Position numbers and translations under genes: made by a program. DNA of 64,000 bases, taken from positions 1 through 64,000 of IMG/VR virus record IMGVR_UViG_3300042314_000891; one strand, given 5' to 3'. Positions 52,474 to 58,729 of this stretch are shown one piece after another (positions within the stretch are counted from its first letter, which is position 1; the number at the start of each line of letters is the position of its first letter). Below the pieces are notes generated by a model that ran no database searches, was not told the origin of the DNA, and worked only from the letters and a program-made list of their open reading frames with translations. The stretch is from a virus. Its lineage: Duplodnaviria > Caudoviricetes.

Positions 52474-52486
52474 AGTTCTTTGACAT
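52474..52486 (+). promoter_or_regulatory. boxA-like antitermination element
   Basis: AGTTCTTTGACAT, similar to rRNA spacer boxA. Confidence 0.55.
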
Positions 52487-52497
52487 AATGGTGAAAT

Positions 52498-52570
52498 AGT
52501 GGGTTAGCTCAATTGGTAGAGCGCCGTCTTTACATGGCGGATGTTGGGGGTTCAAGTCCCTCACTCACTA
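52498..52570 (+). tRNA. tRNA-Val(TAC)
   Basis: Cloverleaf; loop TTTACAT. Confidence 0.9.
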
Positions 52571-52578
52571 CAATAGAT

Positions 52579-52652
52579 GTCCGTATGACGTAATTGGCAA
52601 CCGTGCTGGTTTTAGAAACCAGATTGTGTAGGTTCGAATCCTACTATGGACA
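52579..52652 (+). tRNA. tRNA-Leu(TAG), short variable loop
   Basis: CTGGT-TTTAGAA-ACCAG. Confidence 0.85.
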
Positions 52653-52691
52653 CAGGTAGTTCCCGATGCTACATATCAAAATCGGACTTGG

Positions 52692-52768
52692 GGAGTAGTG
52701 GCAGATGAGGTTCATTGCGCTGGACTGAAAATCCAGAGGAACAGGTTCGATACCTGTCTGCTCCACCA
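52692..52768 (+). tRNA. tRNA-Phe(GAA)
   Basis: CTGGA-CTGAAAA-TCCAG; CCA. Confidence 0.92.
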
Positions 52769-52770
52769 AT

Positions 52771-52843
52771 GAACTCGTAGCTCAATTGGTAGAGCACTAC
52801 ACTTTTAATGTAGGGGTTTTGGGTTCGATTCCCAACGGGTTCA
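52771..52843 (+). tRNA. tRNA-Lys(TTT)
   Basis: CTACA-CTTTTAA-TGTAG. Confidence 0.92.
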
Positions 52844-52849
52844 CAATAT

Positions 52850-52922
52850 AGGGTGGTATATCAATGGTTAGATTACTTGCTTTGGGAGCAAGAGGCTGTG
52901 AGTTCGAGTCTCGCTCACCCTA
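52850..52922 (+). tRNA. tRNA-Pro(TGG)
   Basis: CTTGC-TTTGGGA-GCAAG. Confidence 0.9.
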
Positions 52923-52925
52923 CAC

Positions 52926-52999
52926 AGAGATATAGCTCAATTGGTTAGAGCACCGACCTGATACGTCGGGGGTTATAGGTTCGAGTCCTATTTTCTCTA
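52926..52999 (+). tRNA. tRNA-Ile(GAT)
   Basis: CCGAC-CTGATAC-GTCGG. Confidence 0.9.
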
Positions 53000-53069
53000 C
53001 ACTTTTTCAACTTTTAGATAAAGGTTGGAAAATTTTTTGAAGGTAATTTTTTACTTTGGAAATAAATAC

Positions 53070-53140
53070 ATGTCTTTGGTGCAATGGTAGCATATCGGTC
53101 TCCAAAACCGCAGATGAAAGTTCGAATCTTTCAGGACGTG
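53070..53140 (+). tRNA. tRNA-Trp(CCA)
   Basis: CGGT-CTCCAAA-ACCG. Confidence 0.9.
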
Positions 53141-53144
53141 CAAT

Positions 53145-53216
53145 GGTTCTATGGTGTAATGGATAGCACCTGACACTACGGATGTCAAAGTTGGAGTTCG
53201 AGTCTCTATGGAACTA
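53145..53216 (+). tRNA. tRNA-Arg(ACG)
   Basis: TGACA-CTACGGA-TGTCA. Confidence 0.92.
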
Positions 53217-53222
53217 CATTAT

Positions 53223-53293
53223 GGTGAATTGTCCGAGTGGTTAGGGAGTGCTCTGCAAAAGCATTTACATTGGTTCGAATCCAATATTCACCT
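53223..53293 (+). tRNA. tRNA-Cys(GCA)
   Basis: GTGCT-CTGCAAA-AGCAT; U73. Confidence 0.92.
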
Positions 53294-53294
53294 C

Positions 53295-53371
53295 GTTGTT
53301 TATAGTGTTAATGGTCAGCACGTCAGTTTGTGGTACTGATAGTATGGGTTCGAATCCCATTAAACACCCCA
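53295..53371 (+). tRNA. tRNA-His(GTG)
   Basis: TCAGT-TTGTGGT-ACTGA; G-1:C73; CCA. Confidence 0.9.
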
Positions 53372-53374
53372 TAT

Positions 53375-53447
53375 TGCGTGGCTTGGTGGAAAAGAGCTAT
53401 CTCTCATAAGGAAAGCCAAGTGGGTTCGAACCCCACACACGCAACCA
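53375..53447 (+). tRNA. tRNA-Met(CAT), divergent
   Basis: CTCATAA loop, intact T-arm and ACCA end; atypical D arm and weak anticodon stem. Confidence 0.6.
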
Positions 53448-53525
53448 TAAAATAAAAAAGTAAAAAATGTTAGGAAATATAAAATAAATGTTGTATATTT
53501 GTTAAATAAAATCTAAAAGTTAAAT

Positions 53526-55715
53526 ATGAAAAAGTTACAAATCACTCTAATAGGTATTTTCCTATTATTAGGTTGTGCAAAGGAAGAAGCACTACAACCA
53601 ACAATAATTGATACTCCACCATCTGTATTCACAGAGGATGCAATCAATGTTACACTAAAATCTGCATTTGTTGTAGGTAAAGTACAAGATGTTGCATATT
53701 CACCTACAATTGAACGTGGGTTTATTTATGCAAGTAATGCAGATGTGAATGGATATGGTAATACCATTAAATTAGATACGAATATTACAATATTCAAATC
53801 ACAACTAACCAAACTAACCCCCAATAAAACTTATTACTATAAAGCATACGCCAAAAACAAATATGGTACTGCTTATGGTGAATTGAAGAATTTTACAACG
53901 GGAGATTATCTTTTACCAACTTTAACTACCGATAGTTTAGGCAATATAACTCTTACATCGGTAAAACTATATGGTAATATCACAGATGATGGCGAAACGC
54001 CCATATTAAAGCGTGGATTCTGTATTAGTACTAACCCAACACCAACAACTACCGATAGCACATTCAATACGGGTAATGGGATGGGTTTATTTGATTTAGT
54101 TGTAATCAAACTAAAAGCAGGTACAAAGTACAATGTTCGTGCCTTTGCTACAAATGCTATGGGTACATCCTATGGTAAAGAAATCAGTTTTTCAACATTA
54201 GATTATAAACTACCTACAATCCAAACAAATTCAGTAACGGATATTGGATTAAATGTAGCAACATTAAGTGGGAATGTAAAAGATTTAGGTAGAGGTGAGT
54301 TAAAGGAACGTGGGATAGTTTTATCCAAATCACAAAACCCAACTATTGATGATATGAAATTCAAATCATCGGTTACGGATTTGGGAGAGTATAAGATTGT
54401 AGTTACTAAATTAGAAGTAAATACTAAATACTACGCAAGAGCATATACGCAGAATGAAGCAGGTATTGTATATGGTGATGAAGTAAATTTCTCAACATTA
54501 GATTATACATTTGCAAAAATATCTACCAACGATATTGGGAATATCTCATTTAGGAGTGCAAGAATTGGTGGTGAGGTTACAAACGAAGGTAATACACCCG
54601 TAACTGAAAGAGGTGTAGTAATTAGTAGAGAGAAAACACCTACAATTTCAGATAGAAAACTTACAGTAGGAAATGGTTTGGGTGGATATATGGTAGATGT
54701 AAATGAACTGATACCTAATTCAACATACTATATTAGAGCATATTGTATAAACTCAAAGGGTATAGTTTATGGTAATGAACGAAATTTCAGAACTTTGGAT
54801 GATACACCTCCACCAGCTCCAATAGTATCTATACCTACTATACCATCATCGCCTACAACACCACCACCAACAACATTTGTACCTGGACCTGTTGTAACAA
54901 CACCACCACCAACACTATCGGCATTGCCGGAGTATGTGAGTGTACCTGATAGTAGATTTGAACAGGCACTAATAGATAGAGGATACGATTTTGTATTGGA
55001 TGGTAGAATAAGAACTGCACCAATCGCAAATGTAACTACAATTGAGATATTAGATAATATGAATATCAGTAATATCAGAGGTATAGAAGCATTCCCTAAT
55101 CTACAACGATTGCGTATTATTCACAATCAAATTAGTAGTGTAGATTTATCTAAAAATCCTAACTTAACTTGGGTTTCCTTTTGGGATAATAAATTGACAA
55201 GTATTGATGTGAGTTCATTGTATAAGTTAGAGTATTTTGGAGCAGGTGATAATGATATTGTAACATTTGATGTTTCCAGAAATTACAATCTAAATGAATT
55301 GGATTTTGGTAATACGGAAGGTAGAGCTGGATATGGAACAACTCGAGGTGTAACATCTATTGATATTTCACACAATCCAAAAATGCGCAGATTATATATG
55401 CAAAACAATAGATTGACAAGTTTGAATATTAGTAGAAATAAATTGATTGAAGATGTTTGGGCGCATGATAATAAAATTGAATCTTTGGATTGTAGTAATA
55501 ACCCGAATTTATCATTTATAATAATGTGGAATAATAATTTAAGATACTTAAATATAAAAGGAACATATCAGGGTGGAGTGCCAGCACGTTTATATACAAA
55601 AAATAACCCTAATTTAGCAGAAATTAAAGTTACAAATGCAAGTAATATTTTAGCAAGAAGACAATTTTGTGAATATTGTTTCGTAATAGATAGTTGGACA
55701 AAATATGTAGAATAA
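53526..55715 (+). CDS. Lipoprotein with four FN3-like repeats, Pro-rich linker and leucine-rich repeats
   Basis: Lipobox LLLGC; repeated YYxRAYxxNxxGxxYG; LxxLxxxxNxLxxxDxSxN repeats. Confidence 0.85.
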   Translation: MKKLQITLIGIFLLLGCAKEEALQPTIIDTPPSVFTEDAINVTLKSAFVVGKVQDVAYSPTIERGFIYASNADVNGYGNTIKLDTNITIFKSQLTKLTPNKTYYYKAYAKNKYGTAYGELKNFTTGDYLLPTLTTDSLGNITLTSVKLYGNITDDGETPILKRGFCISTNPTPTTTDSTFNTGNGMGLFDLVVIKLKAGTKYNVRAFATNAMGTSYGKEISFSTLDYKLPTIQTNSVTDIGLNVATLSGNVKDLGRGELKERGIVLSKSQNPTIDDMKFKSSVTDLGEYKIVVTKLEVNTKYYARAYTQNEAGIVYGDEVNFSTLDYTFAKISTNDIGNISFRSARIGGEVTNEGNTPVTERGVVISREKTPTISDRKLTVGNGLGGYMVDVNELIPNSTYYIRAYCINSKGIVYGNERNFRTLDDTPPPAPIVSIPTIPSSPTTPPPTTFVPGPVVTTPPPTLSALPEYVSVPDSRFEQALIDRGYDFVLDGRIRTAPIANVTTIEILDNMNISNIRGIEAFPNLQRLRIIHNQISSVDLSKNPNLTWVSFWDNKLTSIDVSSLYKLEYFGAGDNDIVTFDVSRNYNLNELDFGNTEGRAGYGTTRGVTSIDISHNPKMRRLYMQNNRLTSLNISRNKLIEDVWAHDNKIESLDCSNNPNLSFIIMWNNNLRYLNIKGTYQGGVPARLYTKNNPNLAEIKVTNASNILARRQFCEYCFVIDSWTKYVE

Positions 55716-55716
55716 T

Positions 55717-55747
55717 TTGGATATATGAAAAAAGTTTTGTATATTTG
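55717..55747 (+). promoter_or_regulatory. Bacteroidota-type promoter for the second tRNA block
   Basis: TTTGGATATATGAAAAAAGTTTTGTATATTTG. Confidence 0.75.
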
Positions 55748-55754
55748 TAGAGTT

Positions 55755-55837
55755 GCTCGAATGTTGGAATGGTAGACAAGACAGACTTAAAATCTGTTGT
55801 CCGTATGGGCGTGTGGGTTCAAGTCCCTCTTCGAGTA
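55755..55837 (+). tRNA. tRNA-Leu(TAA)
   Basis: ACAGA-CTTAAAA-TCTGT; long variable arm. Confidence 0.92.
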
Positions 55838-55843
55838 CATAAT

Positions 55844-55920
55844 GGGGATTTAGTTCAGTTGGCTAGAACGCTTGATTTGCATTCAAGAGGTCGTGGGTTC
55901 GAATCCCACTTTCTCCACCA
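55844..55920 (+). tRNA. tRNA-Ala(TGC)
   Basis: G3:U70; TTTGCAT loop; CCA. Confidence 0.92.
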
Positions 55921-55930
55921 AAAGAAATAT

Positions 55931-56038
55931 GCCGGAGTGGCGGAACAAATGGGAAGTACAACCATTAGACGTGCCTGATTCGAAGTGGTGCAGTAACCGA
56001 AAAGGACTGCGTGTGGGTAGCCAATCCCTCCTCCGGTA
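55931..56038 (+). ncRNA. Remodelled tRNA-Leu-like RNA
   Basis: GCCGGAG/CTCCGGT-A acceptor; hairpin inserted in D loop; irregular anticodon arm; T loop TAGCCAAT. Confidence 0.6.
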
Positions 56039-56045
56039 CCTTATT

Positions 56046-56093
56046 TATCGTTGAAAGAAACGATATTAGATTTTATCGTTAGATTAAACGATA
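56046..56093. repeat. Two tandem inverted repeats TATCGTT-N6-AACGATA
   Basis: 56046-56065 and 56074-56093. Confidence 0.85.
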
Positions 56094-56094
56094 T

Positions 56095-56168
56095 GGACTT
56101 GTAGCTCACTCGGTTAGAGCAGTTGACTCATAATCAAAAGGTAGTAGGTTCGATTCCTACCTGGTCCA
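56095..56168 (+). tRNA. tRNA-Ile2(CAT) (or Met)
   Basis: GGTTAGAGCAGTTGACTCATAATC, Ile2-like context. Confidence 0.8.
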
Positions 56169-56388
56169 CAACGAGTAAGAGATACTCGGTAGTCTTTAAT
56201 CCAAGACTCATTTAACAATGGATAGGGTATTGGACCGGACATCCTTAAACGCCGGTGTCGTGGGAATAAAGGAGAACGACACATCTCCTCCCCGTAGTGT
56301 TGACTTTTTAAGCAGTAAGATGCATTGGGTTTTTGAAAGGAAAAACTATAAATAACTACTCACAAGTAATCTCAATGTGGGGAAATTT

Positions 56389-56463
56389 GCAGGTATAGCA
56401 CAGTGGTTAGTGCTCTGGTCTTCCAAACCGGAGACGTCAGTTCGAATCTGACTACCTGCTCCA
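56389..56463 (+). tRNA. tRNA-Gly(TCC), canonical
   Basis: CTGGT-CTTCCAA-ACCGG; U73-CCA. Confidence 0.93.
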
Positions 56464-56578
56464 TAAGGAGCTCCCGCTTTAAGGTGAAGGACACGCGGGC
56501 GAATAACTTTCAGAGTAAGTTGTAAAAGAACTCGAAACCTTAAGTCTAGTGTGGGATGAGACTCCTACCCACACATTT

Positions 56579-56662
56579 GGGAGTATCGCATAGTGGCAAT
56601 TGCGGGTGACTGTAAATCACTTCTCTACGAGTTCGGAGGTTCGAGTCCTTCTACTCCCACCA
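56579..56662 (+). tRNA. tRNA-Tyr(GTA)
   Basis: CTGTAAA loop, variable arm, CCA. Confidence 0.93.
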
Positions 56663-56677
56663 AATAATCCCAATAAA

Positions 56678-56710
56678 GTTTGGAATTATAAAAGAAAATA
56701 CTTATATTTG
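56678..56710 (+). promoter_or_regulatory. Bacteroidota-type promoter before tRNA-Glu
   Basis: TTTGG...TATATTTG. Confidence 0.7.
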
Positions 56711-56715
56711 TAAAT

Positions 56716-56789
56716 GCTCCGTTCGTCTAATTGGTTAGGACATCCGCCTTTCACGTGGAAGCTTACGGGTTCGATTCCCGTACGGAGTA
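56716..56789 (+). tRNA. tRNA-Glu(TTC)
   Basis: CTTTCAC loop. Confidence 0.92.
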
Positions 56790-56887
56790 CAAAAGATTAA
56801 CGTAAGTCGCCTATGTGGGTGAAACTAATTCCTCATTTGGGGAAGAGAAGATGTGATTTCTTTAATAGGTGTAGTTAATCTTTAATT

Positions 56888-56960
56888 GCTTCCGTAGCTC
56901 ATATGGTAGAGCAGCTGACTTGTAATCAGCAGGTGGTTGGTTCGAGCCCGACCGGAAGCT
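56888..56960 (+). tRNA. tRNA-Thr(TGT)
   Basis: GCTGA-CTTGTAA-TCAGC. Confidence 0.93.
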
Positions 56961-57051
56961 CCGATTGATGTTTCGTTTGATGGTATGTTTTTAAGTTGCC
57001 AAAGTGCCGAAAGGATTACTTGATAAGTAAAAAGGATAAACCATCGTATTT

Positions 57052-57201
57052 GGCTCTATAATTGTTGAGGTAGCACCAAAGACAATGAGTGGGTGAATGA
57101 TGATTAAATGTAGGTGACACTCCTTAATACTAGGATTGGAGAGAAGAGTTGGTGCATTTAGTAAGTAGTTCATAAGATGGGTTCGATTCCCATTAGAGCT
57201 A
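57052..57201 (+). ncRNA. tRNA-like RNA: acceptor stem and T-arm with ~115-nt replaced core
   Basis: GGCTCTA/TAGAGCT-A; ATGGG-TTCGATT-CCCAT; inner GCACCAA/TTGGTGC. Confidence 0.6.
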
Positions 57202-57392
57202 CAAAACAAACGAAGACTATGGTGTAACCCCATGGTATATAAAATCCAAAATGGTCCTGTTGAAGCCGGAATAGTCATACAGGTCAGGAGAGAGTTACTA
57301 TAAGTGGGGAGTAATTAACCCAATACGAAATGTAACCACCAATGAAAATTGGTTATGATGTGTAGAAGGACACAAAAAGTTTGTTTTAATTT

Positions 57393-57466
57393 AGTTCGTT
57401 GGTGTAGAGGCCCAACATGCTTCCCTGTCACGGAAGAGACCACGGGTTCGAATCCCGTACGAACTG
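57393..57466 (+). tRNA. tRNA-Asp(GTC)
   Basis: CTTCC-CTGTCAC-GGAAG; G73. Confidence 0.92.
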
Positions 57467-57471
57467 CGAAT

Positions 57472-57542
57472 TGCTCGATGGTGTAGCGGTAGCACAACTG
57501 TTTTTGGTGCAGTTAGGGTTGGTTCGAATCCAGCTCGGGTAA
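57472..57542 (+). tRNA. tRNA-Gln(TTG)
   Basis: TTTTGGT loop; U1:A72. Confidence 0.9.
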
Positions 57543-57559
57543 CATTAAATAATATTATT

Positions 57560-57901
57560 ATGAAAGAATTAGGAATGTCTATTATGCTTTTATTCAACAC
57601 ATTGGGTGGTTCAATTGACCCAAAGTTTAGTGATGAAGCACCTTTGGTTGAAACTATAAAAATTGAAATCAGAGAATTACAAAGAAAAATCCAATGGGTT
57701 GATGCAACCGATGAGGATTATGCAAGTAAGTATGTTCGTATAGAAAAATTATCGAAAGATATTATAAAGAAAAAAGAACAACTTAAAAATATGGAGAAAC
57801 GTGCCAAACTTAAACAAAAGTGGGCATTGGAAGATTCATTGGAAATCCGTAAGAAATATCCACCAATTGTTTTGGATACTTTAAAGTCAGAACAAATTTA
57901 G
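57560..57901 (+). CDS. Hypothetical coiled-coil protein with signal-like N-terminus
   Basis: ORF inside tRNA cluster. Confidence 0.6.
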   Translation: MKELGMSIMLLFNTLGGSIDPKFSDEAPLVETIKIEIRELQRKIQWVDATDEDYASKYVRIEKLSKDIIKKKEQLKNMEKRAKLKQKWALEDSLEIRKKYPPIVLDTLKSEQI

Positions 57902-57906
57902 TAAAA

Positions 57907-57992
57907 GGAGGGTTGGCAGAGTTGGTCTATTGCACCGGTCTTGAAAACCGGAGTCTGTAACAGGACCGTGAGTTCGAATCTCACACCCTCCT
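57907..57992 (+). tRNA. tRNA-Ser(TGA)
   Basis: CCGGT-CTTGAAA-ACCGG; long variable arm. Confidence 0.93.
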
Positions 57993-57997
57993 CATCT

Positions 57998-58069
57998 GGC
58001 TCCATAGGTAAACGGATATACCGTCGCTCTTCTAAAGCGAATTTCCAAGTTCGATTCTTGGTGGGGCTA
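57998..58069 (+). tRNA. tRNA-Arg(TCT)
   Basis: TCGCT-CTTCTAA-AGCGA. Confidence 0.92.
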
Positions 58070-58075
58070 CAATAT

Positions 58076-58164
58076 AGAGGGTTGGGTGAGTGGCTTAAAC
58101 CAGCAGTTTGCTAAACTGTCGTGGGGGTAATTCTCCACCAGCGGTTCGAATCCGCTATCCTCTA
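58076..58164 (+). tRNA. tRNA-Ser(GCT)
   Basis: GCAGT-TTGCTAA-ACTGT; long variable arm. Confidence 0.92.
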
Positions 58165-58192
58165 CATTTGTTATAAGTTAATATTTATAGGT

Positions 58193-58519
58193 ATGATAAA
58201 GTTAAAACACATATTGAAAGAAGAATTGGTAAAAGATACTGATTTTTTAGATTTTGCAGATAACAGATTGGGTGGAGCTACAAAAATAGCACAAACTGCT
58301 AAAGAAAAAGGTGGAGATGCATTACTAACATACCATCACTTTGCTGTTAAGCTACCTTATTATGAGAAAGCAAAAAATGGTGAACTAGATATTGATACCG
58401 CTAAAAAAGAGTTTATAGAAACATTGGGTAAAATATCATTAGATATGGACCAAACTACATTTCAAATTGAAGTAGGTAGATTGGAAGTATTGGGTGAACT
58501 ATTCATAAAAAATAAATAA
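58193..58519 (+). CDS. Hypothetical protein (possible head-packaged protein)
   Basis: ATG 58193 after TATTTATA; MIKLKHILKEE start. Confidence 0.65.
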   Translation: MIKLKHILKEELVKDTDFLDFADNRLGGATKIAQTAKEKGGDALLTYHHFAVKLPYYEKAKNGELDIDTAKKEFIETLGKISLDMDQTTFQIEVGRLEVLGELFIKNK

Positions 58520-58551
58520 TAAAAATATAAGGTTACACAAACCTTAAAAAT

Positions 58552-58712
58552 TGTGATGTGGCGAAATTGGCAGACGCACCCTCCTGTCTCGGGGGCGGGG
58601 ATAAATAAATAAAGTAAGAATAATAAAGGGGTTGACCACCTAGCTTCCGGAAGCGCCAAAAATTGTTCTTTACCTAATTACCTTATGGATGGTTCGAATC
58701 CTCCCATTACAG
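58552..58712 (+). ncRNA. tRNA-like RNA, GTC anticodon, ~90-nt variable arm
   Basis: TGTGATG/CATTACA-G; Leu-type D arm GCGAAATTGGCAGACGC; CCCTC-CTGTCTC-GGGGG; T loop TTCGAAT. Confidence 0.7.
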
Positions 58713-58729
58713 CAATTAAACCAAACAAA

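Noticed and set aside
52579-55837. Stop-codon reassignment suggested by TAG, TAA and TGA anticodon triplets
   Set aside because: These are ordinary Leu and Ser anticodons read 5'-3'. No suppressor anticodon was seen and long genes are intact in code 11.
56464-56545. Theta/HDV-like or hammerhead ribozyme after tRNA-Gly
   Set aside because: The topology and CGAA before the last strand are suggestive, but G1, the P3/L3 (YCC) loop, the P1.1 GG and the hammerhead CUGANGA are missing. Kept only as an unknown structured RNA.
58585-58690. Group I intron in a tRNA
   Set aside because: About 90 nt, located in the variable arm, with no P7 core.
58121-58729. Track starts at 58121 and 58685
   Set aside because: Both fall inside tRNA sequences; ATG 58193 and 58730 are the plausible starts.
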